Origin: a virus
Lineage: Duplodnaviria; Caudoviricetes
Virus record (IMG/VR): IMGVR_UViG_3300011429_000087
Coordinates: 64,001 to 128,000 of that record
Direction: 5' to 3' (one strand)
DNA: 64,000 bases
The notes under the pieces are model-generated. The model did no database searches and was not told the origin of the DNA. It was given only the letters and a program-made list of their open reading frames with translations. Positions within the stretch are counted from its first letter, which is position 1. Each line of letters starts with the position of its first letter. This document shows positions 48,747 through 58,366 of this stretch, piece after piece. Made by a program: the position numbers and the translations under genes.

Positions 48747-49492
48747 GAGATTACCTCTGTTCCATTTTCAGTAATTAATAATGTGTGCTCAAAATGAGCA
48801 CTGATAAAATCATATTTACTTGCCCAAGTCCAGCCGTCTGGAGAAAGTTCGTGACCCACCGAGGGTTGATCTAAGAAAATCGGTTCAACACAAATTGTAG
48901 TTCCAACGGCTAGACGTTGAGTTTGCAATTGTCTAATTGTGCCGTCATCCAGCCCTTTTAACGAATGAAATATAGTGGGCTCCATATGAACCGTTGTGCC
49001 AATTCCATGTCCACAAAAATCGTTTAAAATATAAATGTCACGACCAGCGGTTAATCTATCGCCTAACTCGGCTAATTGATAAAGAGAAAAATCAGGATGA
49101 ATATGTTGGATCATGATTTTGAATATGTCCTCACAATCCCGTACGAATTTTAACCTTTCTTTAGAGGCATGACCGATAATATCGGTCATTGCCGCATCAA
49201 CATTCCAACTATAATATTTAGTGCCAATATCAATAGTAAGAATATCACCATCTTCTATCTTACGATCATTTGGGATGCCGTGGACTATCTCCTCAGTAAG
49301 ACAGATACATGCTTCACCTGGGAAACCAAGATAGTGAAGAAATGCTGGTTCGCAGCCATGACTGCGAATAAAATCCCCGAGACGAGTTGACAGTTCTCGT
49401 TTAGTCATTCCGGGGACGGCGACTTCGAATCCGTATTCTATGGCGTCTCTATTTACCTTGCCAGCGTATCGCATTGCGTCCAGTTTATTCAT
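48743..49492 (-). CDS. map: methionine aminopeptidase type I
   Basis: HGIP, DIG, DAA, GHGIG, HMEP, VEP, AHFEHT. Confidence 0.95.
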   Translation of the reverse strand: MNKLDAMRYAGKVNRDAIEYGFEVAVPGMTKRELSTRLGDFIRSHGCEPAFLHYLGFPGEACICLTEEIVHGIPNDRKIEDGDILTIDIGTKYYSWNVDAAMTDIIGHASKERLKFVRDCEDIFKIMIQHIHPDFSLYQLAELGDRLTAGRDIYILNDFCGHGIGTTVHMEPTIFHSLKGLDDGTIRQLQTQRLAVGTTICVEPIFLDQPSVGHELSPDGWTWASKYDFISAHFEHTLLITENGTEVIS

Positions 49493-50409
49493 GTTGATCT
49501 ATGCTTGTCGTAAAGGCTACGCCCATTATATATCTCGTCAGTAAATTTATTGGCTAAAAACACTATACGTGCTTCAATAGTCATACACTGTTCTAGATTA
49601 TCTGCTAGACAGGCGTTTTGGAGGGCCAGCTTCTTAGCTTCGGGGATAATTAACTTTAAATCTGATTCTGTGCTAATTAAAATATGATTGGCCCACATAG
49701 CACTTAAATATCTAATCCCTAGCAAATGAGCGGAATCCTGTGGAATAAAATTAGTCCCGTTAGTCTGAAAACCCGATATAAAGCCTATATTCCTTAAGAG
49801 ACAGGCCGCGATTACAAGCGATCGGTCTATTCGGATGTCCACAGACGGCTCCCAACCCGTCTCAACCATTCCTAGGGCAACTTTGAGCGTTAGGGCCGTA
49901 TGCGTCAGTAGGCCGCCACGATGGGCTAGCGGGCCACTGTCACCGTAAGCATTACTAGACATCATGTCTATTAATCTTACGTGCTGACAAGTATTATTGA
50001 TAATATCCCTATAATGAGGGTCATCAATATCTGCTATGACTTTCTCTACATCCTCTTTAAGAACGCCGAGCACATGATCGTTTGGGCCGGGCACATAATC
50101 GGTTAAATTTTCAATCTGATCTTTGAATGCCGCTATATTCTTAGCTACAAATGTTCTCTCATTATTATACGATTCAACAACAATAGTCATACTAACGAAT
50201 TTTCCGGGCACAAAATCCTGTTCGGATTCATCAATTTGCAAATCCCAAACACAGCCACGGAGCGATCCTGTGACATCCTTTACCGTTATCAATACGAACT
50301 TTTTACCTTCGCTTTTCTTAGAAGTTTTGTTCGCAACGGCGGATATTAAGAATATCTGGCTATAAGTTTGACCGACTTGTAATGCCCGAATTGGGACATA
50401 CTCTTGCAT
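49489..50409 (-). CDS. YhaM-like OB+HD protein with substituted HD motif
   Basis: OB fold (DVTG..W); HRGGLLTHT; LLRNIG where LHDIG is expected. Confidence 0.75.
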   Translation of the reverse strand: MQEYVPIRALQVGQTYSQIFLISAVANKTSKKSEGKKFVLITVKDVTGSLRGCVWDLQIDESEQDFVPGKFVSMTIVVESYNNERTFVAKNIAAFKDQIENLTDYVPGPNDHVLGVLKEDVEKVIADIDDPHYRDIINNTCQHVRLIDMMSSNAYGDSGPLAHRGGLLTHTALTLKVALGMVETGWEPSVDIRIDRSLVIAACLLRNIGFISGFQTNGTNFIPQDSAHLLGIRYLSAMWANHILISTESDLKLIIPEAKKLALQNACLADNLEQCMTIEARIVFLANKFTDEIYNGRSLYDKHRST

Positions 50410-50411
50410 AT

Positions 50412-50600
50412 TTACTTTCCCGTAAATGGAATCTTTGGACCGGAAATAGTTCTTATCTGTTTCATCTTGCACTGACTACATTTTGCCGTTGTCAAAATCA
50501 CAATATCAAGTTCTTCGTCAGGATTTAAAGTGATCGACTTGTCTTCGTGTAAGAATTTAACATTACAACTGCGACATTCTTTAATCGTGAACGACTTCAT
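50412..50600 (-). CDS. hypothetical Zn-ribbon protein
   Basis: CRSC...CSQC. Confidence 0.5.
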   Translation of the reverse strand: MKSFTIKECRSCNVKFLHEDKSITLNPDEELDIVILTTAKCSQCKMKQIRTISGPKIPFTGK

Positions 50601-51133
50601 TTGCCCTCTCTTCGCATTGTTCTACGCATCTTTTCGATCGTCTTGTCTAGATGCTGACTAATGGTTGCAGATGAAACCCGAGTTATATTGGCGATATCCT
50701 TCACTCTTGCTTCTTTGAAGAAACGTTCTTCAATAAGTGTTCGCTCATGATCGGTCAATTCTGAAGTAACATACTCAATAAAGTCGCGACATTCGACCAT
50801 ACCAATACCAGAAATATTAGGTGGGTTGGCGTCGATGCGACCATCACAAATATCTTCATTAACAACAGTATTGACCTTGCCACGAAGTTTTGTCTGACGT
50901 TTGACGTATTTTAATAATTCGTGATACACGTATGTATATGCGTATGTTATGAACTTAACACCCTTAGAAGGGTCGAATCCTTTATTGGCCTTGAGCAACG
51001 CCAGCCATGCTTCCTGTTTGAGATCGCTATTGCTGCACGTAGCTTTATGTAATTTAGCAATATGGGAAAAGCCATTAGCCATTTTGTTTATGAAGGGTTC
51101 CCACTTGGTGGTATCGAATTGTTCTGTATGCAT
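50597..51133 (-). CDS. sigma-70 family RNA polymerase sigma factor
   Basis: DLKQEAWLALLKA..FDPSKG.KFITYA; region-4 HTH. Confidence 0.88.
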   Translation of the reverse strand: MHTEQFDTTKWEPFINKMANGFSHIAKLHKATCSNSDLKQEAWLALLKANKGFDPSKGVKFITYAYTYVYHELLKYVKRQTKLRGKVNTVVNEDICDGRIDANPPNISGIGMVECRDFIEYVTSELTDHERTLIEERFFKEARVKDIANITRVSSATISQHLDKTIEKMRRTMRREGK

Positions 51134-51558
51134 GTATGATCTTCCAGAATTTGTGTTAATAAAATGTTAATGTAGACTTCTCGTTGCGTGGTTGTTAAAT
51201 TCTTGAACTCTAGAACGATAGCTCCATTTCCGTTTACTGGCCTACTCTCTAATACATCTGAGGGAGTATCGTATTCGAAGAATGATGCACCGTCTTTACT
51301 AAGAGCGTTTACTTTTTGTATCTCCGTATGGCTATCGTATAGACGCCACATTGCCTCTAAAAATTGACCGAAACGAATTTTGCGTGTTACTTGATCTCCA
51401 TATTTGGGGGTAATATTTAAAGAGATCGGCATATCATCCGAGATATGCTGTTCTCCTCTAGCCTTTTCGAATTCCCCCTTGATTACAACCCAATTAATAT
51501 TCTTTAGCATAGCAGTTCCTCCAGGGTTGGGAGTGACGGGACATATTAAATAATACAC
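51088..51558 (-). CDS. hypothetical protein
   Basis: In-operon ORF; start could be 51510. Confidence 0.6.
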   Translation of the reverse strand: MYYLICPVTPNPGGTAMLKNINWVVIKGEFEKARGEQHISDDMPISLNITPKYGDQVTRKIRFGQFLEAMWRLYDSHTEIQKVNALSKDGASFFEYDTPSDVLESRPVNGNGAIVLEFKNLTTTQREVYINILLTQILEDHTCIQNNSIPPSGNPS

Positions 51559-52793
51559 TCATTCACGGCTGCCACCGTCCCGTCTTCAATATAAAAACCC
51601 ATTTTCCCCGAATCATCGACGCATTCTATCCATACTTGAAAGTCTCCATCTTTAGCGATTTCATCAATTAATACGAGGTTTTCCTTATCTAGCAGAGAGC
51701 CATCTTTGATTCGAATAACTCGTAGTTCTGGATTGGCGGCCATTGCCAATACCATAGAGATTTTAATCTGTTGAGACGTTGATAATTGTGATAATGGTTG
51801 ATCTTTAAAGGTCACGCCCTCATCACCGATTCTTAACCCATCAATAGGAAGTTCAGACTTTTCGATAGCGGTCTGACGTTCCATTTGAATAGCATTTAAA
51901 CCAGACTCTATTTCACTTACGCGATTCTGTATTGTATTGATCTTTGTTGTAATATCGTTATACGTCTTTATCTCACGAACTCTAGCATTAATTTCTCCTG
52001 CCCGACGGATTTTATCTTCTATTTCTGCTATCCTTGATCTTAGTGGGGAGCTATCTACTGGAGAAGTAGTGTCATATAATGCCTGTAGTCTATCTAATTC
52101 CGTTTTTAATGTATTGATTCGATTTGATAAATCAGTTCTATCAATCGTCTTCCGATCTGATTCGGCCAGATCCCTCTTAAGATTATTTAGTTCATCTAAT
52201 AGTGCGGCAGTATCTACCTCACCTAACGAAGCATCAGTTGGTGGGGCAATATTACTAATGTTAGCCGTGAGGGCTTTTGCTTCACGATGTAAGTCGGTAC
52301 GTTCGGTATATAAAGCTTGATGTTTCGCGTCTAGTTCTACTAGATTTAACTTACTAATCTCCGCGAGCATTTCTCTTTGTTCTTTTGGAGTCTTACGCAT
52401 AAACTCTAAAGGATCGAATGATAGGGAACCAATAAAGCTGTCAATCAATGCCTGGGGGCTCTTTACCGTGTCACCATTAGCTCGCTCAACCGTAAGACGG
52501 GTCGTTACTTCTTCTTCGCCGTTAAGGCGGAATTGTCGAGTAACGCGATAGTCGCCCATGTCAACAATAATCATGGCGTGATCTGTACCGTCCCTAATGG
52601 GCATGGGATTGATCTTGCTGGCGACAGACCACTTTAAGGCAAGCCAGAAAGAATCTAGGACGGAGCTTTTTCCTTGTTCGTTTTTGCCCGAAATAATAAC
52701 CGTGCTTCCTTTGGGGGAAATGTCAACGGCTTTCAGCCTTTTAATATTTTCGGCAAAGAGATTAATGATTCTGAGGGACACTCTTATCTCCAA
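51546..52793 (-). CDS. SMC/Rad50-like ABC ATPase (AAA_23)
   Basis: GKNEQGKS, coiled coil, LSTSQ signature, IKDGSLLD. Confidence 0.88.
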   Translation of the reverse strand: MEIRVSLRIINLFAENIKRLKAVDISPKGSTVIISGKNEQGKSSVLDSFWLALKWSVASKINPMPIRDGTDHAMIIVDMGDYRVTRQFRLNGEEEVTTRLTVERANGDTVKSPQALIDSFIGSLSFDPLEFMRKTPKEQREMLAEISKLNLVELDAKHQALYTERTDLHREAKALTANISNIAPPTDASLGEVDTAALLDELNNLKRDLAESDRKTIDRTDLSNRINTLKTELDRLQALYDTTSPVDSSPLRSRIAEIEDKIRRAGEINARVREIKTYNDITTKINTIQNRVSEIESGLNAIQMERQTAIEKSELPIDGLRIGDEGVTFKDQPLSQLSTSQQIKISMVLAMAANPELRVIRIKDGSLLDKENLVLIDEIAKDGDFQVWIECVDDSGKMGFYIEDGTVAAVNECII

Positions 52794-53398
52794 TAGAAAT
52801 TAAATGTAGACGCTTCCAGCACATCATCATCACAGTGTTGCGACATCTGATGATATAATTCTAGGTCGTGATCCTCCACATTCTTGCCGTTCCAGCCAGC
52901 GGTCTTTTTAAAGACATTAAGCGTGTGACTCATACCGCCACAGGTGACATTATCTACGATACCAATTCTTTTTGATTCCTTTCTGGAACTTCTAGGGCTG
53001 CGGTGTTTAAACTTCCAAAGATCGCCGAATGAATAGAATAGCTCAAATTTTGGGTTTTCCTCATTTAAGAGGATAAAATGATTGAATCTCTCTAATCTAT
53101 CTTTATGCCAAGTATCATCATCGTCGATATAGCAAATCCAATCACAGTCTGGTGGTACAAACTGTATTGCATAATTACGGGCCGACGCTCCACTATCCTC
53201 TGAGCAAACTAAATTGCCCGGCGAAATATGAACGATACGTTTGTCTATATATTGTGGAGCAATGCTTTCGAAGACGTTATGGCGGTCATAACTGATTATT
53301 AAAGTGAATTCTGGATAGGTCTGTACTAATACGGAGTCGATCGACTCTTTTAAAGATTCCCGACCAATCGTTGGCAGGATGATTGCAAACTTATTCAT
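52784..53398 (-). CDS. GT2 glycosyltransferase
   Basis: ILPT.GR, ARN, IDDDD, EDHDL. Confidence 0.88.
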   Translation of the reverse strand: MNKFAIILPTIGRESLKESIDSVLVQTYPEFTLIISYDRHNVFESIAPQYIDKRIVHISPGNLVCSEDSGASARNYAIQFVPPDCDWICYIDDDDTWHKDRLERFNHFILLNEENPKFELFYSFGDLWKFKHRSPRSSRKESKRIGIVDNVTCGGMSHTLNVFKKTAGWNGKNVEDHDLELYHQMSQHCDDDVLEASTFNFYWR

Positions 53399-53942
53399 GC
53401 TTACTCTTTCTATGTTTGTTTCTATTACACATTAAACAATATCTTTTATTATTATAAATTTTTGTATTGTCTATTGAATATTCGTGTCCTTTTGGACAAT
53501 GTGTTTTCTTTTTATTATCTTGTCCGACAAAATCTTTGTTTTTATGATACCATTGAAGACATTTAATTTTTTGACACTCTTTACAAATTCTATTACCGTT
53601 TGATTTTAATTTGAGATTGTCTCCACTAAATGGATGACCATATATACAGTGAGTTTTCTTTGCATTAATGGCCGGAGGTGCTATTCCACGTAATATATTC
53701 TCTTTATTTGAAACAGGTTCAAGATGTTTAGGATTGATACATTTAGTATTTCTACACAAATGATCTATTACTTTTCCATCCTTTATAATTCTGTCAGTAA
53801 ATAGTTCTATTGCTAATCTATGAACTGGGATAGTTATAATAGCATAACCATTTTTAATTCTATCTTGCCATTCCCAACATTTAGTTTGTTTATTTTTCTT
53901 TGCCTTTTTTAAGATACGTTTCTTAATATCACTTTTAGCCAA
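53391..53942 (-). mobile_element. HNH homing endonuclease with two KTHCxxGH modules
   Basis: CWEW, IDHLCRNTKCINPKHLE; AT-rich. Confidence 0.88.
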
Positions 53943-54423
53943 TCAATTTTCTCCATACGAACATTTGCGTTGGTACGCGATAACATTTTTTGCCACCCAT
54001 ACCACCCCAACTCACTATTTCACACATATCAATTATTTTTAACATCATGACATTTTTAATGAGAGTAAACTCTGGCATGTCGGTTTCCCATCCATTTACT
54101 ATTAAAATTGTTGCCTTCTGTTTAATATAGGATTTTAGTTGTCCAACTTTTAAGTGAAATCTAGTTTTTAGGAACGGGTTACAAAATTTTACTTCTATTT
54201 TTCCAAAATTTTCTACTTCGAAGTCGGCTGTAGAATCTACGTCGGCATCCTTAAGAAACTTACCATCTCTTCCAGCGGCTAAATTACTGTAGGACGGTCT
54301 AGTAAGCCCGTCCTTTTGAAGAAGGTCTATCCAAAGTTTTAGAATAGTCTCTTCGGTTTTTGAAGCTTCTTTAATGTCTTGTTTGAACTTATCTTTACTT
54401 CTTTTATCGAAGCGATAATTCAT
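53935..54423 (-). CDS. PD-(D/E)xK-like nuclease
   Basis: E...ADF...IEVK. Confidence 0.55.
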   Translation of the reverse strand: MNYRFDKRSKDKFKQDIKEASKTEETILKLWIDLLQKDGLTRPSYSNLAAGRDGKFLKDADVDSTADFEVENFGKIEVKFCNPFLKTRFHLKVGQLKSYIKQKATILIVNGWETDMPEFTLIKNVMMLKIIDMCEIVSWGGMGGKKCYRVPTQMFVWRKLIG

Positions 54424-54635
54424 TGTTTACCATATATCTTTCTCAGACGTTCTATACCATCAACATATGCACGCATCATCTCTACAACATTAGCAGAATT
54501 ATAATCGTGTTCTGGATAATAATGTAATGTAAGACTTAGTTCTTCACAGGCTTTATCAAGTCTATCATCATCAGTTAATGGTTTGTCTGGAGCACATCCT
54601 GTTGAGATTAGAAACGATAGCAACAACTTTTTCAT
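54420..54635 (-). CDS. small exported protein, possibly a lipoprotein
   Basis: MKKLLLSFLISTGC (imperfect lipobox). Confidence 0.5.
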   Translation of the reverse strand: MKKLLLSFLISTGCAPDKPLTDDDRLDKACEELSLTLHYYPEHDYNSANVVEMMRAYVDGIERLRKIYGKQ

Positions 54636-55198
54636 GCGGTTGCTCCTAATAACTGACGAAATTTAATAAGAAGTTTTGCAGTAGCAACAACATCGAATAA
54701 AGCTTGGTGATAACCGCCTTTAACTTCCTTCATGTCAATATCAAAGAATTTTACACATTGTTTAAGAGATGTGCCAGGAGGTGCTTTAGCTCCACCCATC
54801 ATTAGTTGGATACAAGGATATGTATCTAAGTAACGGTACGTCAGAATCCTATCAATATTCTGAGGTTCAACACCAAAAATCCAGTGGGCTAAGAATCTAA
54901 GATCAAAGTGTAGGTTATGACCACCAATTAATGAACATTGGTGAGTTACCCACGCATCCATTAATTTTTCCGCAATCTCTTCTGGAGTCATTCCTGTGGC
55001 CTGACACTCTGCCACAGATAGGCCGTTTACGGCCAAAGCTTCTTGCTCAACATTATAGCTAGGGAGTTTAATAAGAGTGGAGAACTGATTAAGAATCTCT
55101 CCCTTGTCTAGATCAACTACACAGAATGCTATTGACAGTGGAGAATGCTTCTTATAGTCTAATCCCCCACTTTCAAAATCTAGGATTAATGCCTTCAT
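54632..55198 (-). CDS. DEDDh 3'-5' exonuclease (DnaQ-like)
   Basis: DFESGG, GHNLHFD, LDT, HQALFD. Confidence 0.92.
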   Translation of the reverse strand: MKALILDFESGGLDYKKHSPLSIAFCVVDLDKGEILNQFSTLIKLPSYNVEQEALAVNGLSVAECQATGMTPEEIAEKLMDAWVTHQCSLIGGHNLHFDLRFLAHWIFGVEPQNIDRILTYRYLDTYPCIQLMMGGAKAPPGTSLKQCVKFFDIDMKEVKGGYHQALFDVVATAKLLIKFRQLLGATA

Positions 55199-55200
55199 TT

Positions 55201-55422
55201 TTATTCCTTTATTATAACAATTCGATTACTACAAAGTTTAATAGCATCTTCTACAATCTGTCCTATTCTAGAATATCCACCAAAACCGTTATAATATTTG
55301 ATAAACTCTGTAGAGACAGTATCTTGAAAATGTTCTTGTACTGGAACTCCGCGTAGTGACACAATGTTTCCATCACTAATTGCCAATAGTATTTGTTTTA
55401 TTGCTTGATCAACAGTTAGCAT
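55201..55422 (-). CDS. hypothetical protein
   Basis: AAGGA RBS; lies downstream of a predicted promoter. Confidence 0.6.
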   Translation of the reverse strand: MLTVDQAIKQILLAISDGNIVSLRGVPVQEHFQDTVSTEFIKYYNGFGGYSRIGQIVEDAIKLCSNRIVIIKE

Positions 55423-55455
55423 GTGGGGGTATCCTTTTAAAATCGCCTTGCAAGA

Positions 55456-55483
55456 AGTATATCACCAGAACTTAATTAGTCAA
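55456..55483 (-). promoter_or_regulatory. sigma70-type promoter with extended -10
   Basis: Minus strand TTGACT-16 nt-TATACT with TG one base upstream of the -10. Confidence 0.55.
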
Positions 55484-55812
55484 GTGAAATCATATATCTC
55501 TATTAAAGTGTGATCTGGTTTTATAATTCCTAGATTATAATATTGCCATGTGTGAGATATAGAAAAACACGTATAACCATTTGATTCTAAAGTGGTGGTA
55601 ATTTTGTTTATATTGGCGTGATGCCTTAATAGGACTGATGGAAATTTAAATGCATGGCCTTCTCCACTCTCACAAGAACCTATTGTATCAATTCCATTTT
55701 TTCTTAGGCATATAACTGCATGACGTATACCGGGGTCTATTTTATGTATATCAAAATTTTGATTATTCATTCTAACTTGTCGGTTCTCAATAAATGTATT
55801 CCACTCTAACAT
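55480..55812 (-). CDS. hypothetical protein (IDxxI...TxxSC, TYW3-like N-terminal motif)
   Basis: IDPGIRHAV..L...GIDTIGSCE.G.GH. Confidence 0.55.
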   Translation of the reverse strand: MLEWNTFIENRQVRMNNQNFDIHKIDPGIRHAVICLRKNGIDTIGSCESGEGHAFKFPSVLLRHHANINKITTTLESNGYTCFSISHTWQYYNLGIIKPDHTLIEIYDFT

Positions 55813-55860
55813 TTTGTGTATTCCCGGTATTATTTCAAAATTCTAGGAGTCCCACCAAAA

Positions 55861-56037
55861 TCAATTGGAACTAGGAGGTGATTGTGCGGGGGGCTGTACA
55901 TTACTTATGGCAATAAGTTGCCCAAAGATTATATATACATCGGGTAGCGAGCTACCCTTGTATACAACGTTCTCGTTAGTCATTAACTGAATGAGTAGGC
56001 GAGACTGATCGCCAGTTAAGCTTACATTATTTTCCAC
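55861..56037 (-). CDS. small hypothetical protein (58 aa, not in ORF track)
   Basis: GGAG then GTG; MENNVSLTGDQSRLLIQLM...PPSSN*; overlaps the kinase stop codon. Confidence 0.5.
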   Translation of the reverse strand: MENNVSLTGDQSRLLIQLMTNENVVYKGSSLPDVYIIFGQLIAISNVQPPAQSPPSSN

Positions 56038-56746
56038 GCAGCAATTCTCCTATATCGGCTGCTATCCTAGCGGCCTCTCTTTTAAGATCCTCTAATGTAC
56101 CATTATTATCAATAACGATATGTCTTGGTTTATTCCATTCATAGCTATCTAGTGCCGTCTCTGAGAGATGGTTATCTACATGTCGGGTGTTACGTTTTAT
56201 GCGGACAACTAGTCCGCCATTCTTTAAAGCTTCTTCGATTTCATTAGAAAATCTTAGATCGGCGATCAGTACCACGTCTGCCGGACAATTAATACCAGAA
56301 ATAGGTTCAATTATCTTCCACGTCTGTTTAAAGGGATACTCCGCCCACAAATTCTGATATACTCTTTCACGGAATATATCGCTACCCATGATTTGAAGTA
56401 ATTCGCGGTGAGTCATGGGGCCAGTTCTTAATTTATAATAGAATCGTTCCCCATCCCAAGATCCATCCTTTCCGGCCCTATCCAGGGTGTATTTCTCTCG
56501 CACCCCTTCTGGAAAACCGTCCCACATAACTTCTGTCAGTGTTTCCTTATCTTCATTGCTACCATATATCTTTGTCTTATCGAGTCCGAAAAGCTGAATA
56601 CATATTTCCTTAAGAGGATCTGCAAAGTGTGTAATGGCAACACCTAATTGGTGATCGCCAGCAAGCCGGGCCATTAATTGACGAGCTAGTTCATCCTTCC
56701 CCGAACCTTTTTTACCTGAAATAGCAATGAATAACGGCTTCTTCAT
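56027..56746 (-). CDS. deoxynucleoside monophosphate kinase
   Basis: GKKGSGKD, FADPLK, RELLQ.MG, DLRFSNE, H.SE. Confidence 0.9.
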   Translation of the reverse strand: MKKPLFIAISGKKGSGKDELARQLMARLAGDHQLGVAITHFADPLKEICIQLFGLDKTKIYGSNEDKETLTEVMWDGFPEGVREKYTLDRAGKDGSWDGERFYYKLRTGPMTHRELLQIMGSDIFRERVYQNLWAEYPFKQTWKIIEPISGINCPADVVLIADLRFSNEIEEALKNGGLVVRIKRNTRHVDNHLSETALDSYEWNKPRHIVIDNNGTLEDLKREAARIAADIGELLRGK

Positions 56747-57000
56747 AGGATGTCTCCGTTCTTTTCTATACACTCGTTTTCATAAATTACGGTTAGCCGC
56801 CGGTACAGTTCCAGCTTGGCACACTCCAGAGCCCCAATAACCGTATTGTGAGCGGCATAGTTCCCCCCAAGTCTCTTGACCATATCCCAGGCAAGGCGGC
56901 TAACGCAATAATTAAACTCGCCGGGAGAAATGATGTTGGCATTAAGAGAATCGAGATAGAAGTCAAAACGCTTACGATCTTTAATAGGAATGTATGGCAT
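56743..57000 (-). CDS. conserved phage protein (MPYI...GALECAKLELYRR family)
   Basis: Recognisable motif; usually found near nucleotide-metabolism genes. Confidence 0.7.
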   Translation of the reverse strand: MPYIPIKDRKRFDFYLDSLNANIISPGEFNYCVSRLAWDMVKRLGGNYAAHNTVIGALECAKLELYRRLTVIYENECIEKNGDIL

Positions 57001-57971
57001 TAAATGCTCCGCTTAATAGCTTCCAAGGCTCCATTAAAGTCATTATGCTCAAAAAGGAACTTCTTATTACGAATGCATCCTGCTAACCATATCGGTAGGT
57101 CGCGTGCTTTAAAGTCCTCCTCCAAGACGAAATAATTAGGAATGTTATAATCCACTGCGATTGTGGCCTCGCTCTTGGTCCCCGCACCCTTTAGGGCAGA
57201 TTCATTAATCAGTGTTAGAACAGCGTCGCTATTCTTAATAGCTCCTAAGTCCTTCTCAATAAAAAGACCTCCCGCTCCAATATACTCTTCAAGAGTTAGT
57301 TGAGATATATTTATTCCATAACGATCGTGTACGGCGAATCCTTCAAATACTGGATTGAAAATATCATAGCCCGCCCTATAAAGAGCCGGACTAACGATAC
57401 TACGCCAACTTGCTCCGCCATCGGGAGAAAACTGCTGGCCGCCCGAAAGATAAATCATCTTGTGCCTGCGGGGATAACATGCCGTAAACATCGGCGTCTT
57501 ATTGGGGGCGAACTCTCGTAAATAGCGTTGTGTTAAGAGCCAGAGATTAATCTCGTCATGCTCAGACGATGGCTCTAAATTAACTGGATCTAATAGAATA
57601 GACCACTTCTTGTTGAAGGATTCACAGAAATTAAACTTCTGTTTTGGTGTCCAAACGGTTGCAGTAAAGTTGGTGGCATTTGTAGCCAACCATATAGCAA
57701 TGGCTAATGGCGATAGTTTATCTACATACTCTTCTGGATAACGAGGGTCTTCGCTCTTGCTATTACTGAAAAACACCGACTCAATTTTTTGACGAAATAT
57801 GTCCCATTCCTTTCGGGGCACTCTCCGTCGCATTTCTCTTAGAACCGTCTCAATCCATTCGCTAGTTAAAGTTAAATCAAGGGTATGTAAATCATTTGGG
57901 CCGTCACATGAACCGCCGCTCATATGAAGGCCCACTAGTATTGCTTTATCGTGCGAGGTTAATTTAGTCAT
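57000..57971 (-). CDS. degenerate LAGLIDADG domain fused to a nucleoside 2-deoxyribosyltransferase-like domain
   Basis: ILVGLHMSGG and LSPLAIAIWL; then IYLSGG, WR, FNP, DL.AI..SD, GT..E. Confidence 0.7.
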   Translation of the reverse strand: MTKLTSHDKAILVGLHMSGGSCDGPNDLHTLDLTLTSEWIETVLREMRRRVPRKEWDIFRQKIESVFFSNSKSEDPRYPEEYVDKLSPLAIAIWLATNATNFTATVWTPKQKFNFCESFNKKWSILLDPVNLEPSSEHDEINLWLLTQRYLREFAPNKTPMFTACYPRRHKMIYLSGGQQFSPDGGASWRSIVSPALYRAGYDIFNPVFEGFAVHDRYGINISQLTLEEYIGAGGLFIEKDLGAIKNSDAVLTLINESALKGAGTKSEATIAVDYNIPNYFVLEEDFKARDLPIWLAGCIRNKKFLFEHNDFNGALEAIKRSI

Positions 57972-58189
57972 ACTTTTGGTGCTTTCGGTCGGGGAATCGG
58001 CCCCATCCAATATCCCCCTTCGGGGAATTTCTCATCAAACAGTTCCGTTCCCATATACATGATATACGCTTCTGCTGAACCTTCTGGATCTCTTGGCATG
58101 CTAACTTCGTAAATACTTACGCCATACGCATGAGCATGCCAGTAAAGTCCATTAATCTTCGGTCGTTCCTTTGTCCACTTTAGATTCAT
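57968..58189 (-). CDS. hypothetical phage protein
   Basis: WTKERP...GLYW...WMGPI.P. Confidence 0.7.
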   Translation of the reverse strand: MNLKWTKERPKINGLYWHAHAYGVSIYEVSMPRDPEGSAEAYIMYMGTELFDEKFPEGGYWMGPIPRPKAPKV

Positions 58190-58210
58190 TAACTAACTCC
58201 CGTTATATAG

Positions 58211-58366
58211 TCAATCCTCCAGCACGTTAAAAGCCGTGCCTACGCCAAGCAAAATCGTGACGCCAGCGAATGCTATAATAAGGACCGGCAAACCTATAGT
58301 ACAGCCAATCCAAAACAATATCTTTTCTTTTCGATCAAGTTTCTTATAGCGTAATCGAATTGTCAT
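58211..58366 (-). CDS. small membrane protein (51 aa, not in ORF track)
   Basis: AAGGAG RBS; MTIRLRYKKLDRKEKILFWIGCTIGLPVLIIAFAGVTILLGVG. Confidence 0.6.
   Translation of the reverse strand: MTIRLRYKKLDRKEKILFWIGCTIGLPVLIIAFAGVTILLGVGTAFNVLED

Noticed and set aside
55942-55957. GGGTAGC-GA-GCTACCC inverted repeat
   Set aside because: Short, lies inside a probable small CDS, and has no convincing U tract
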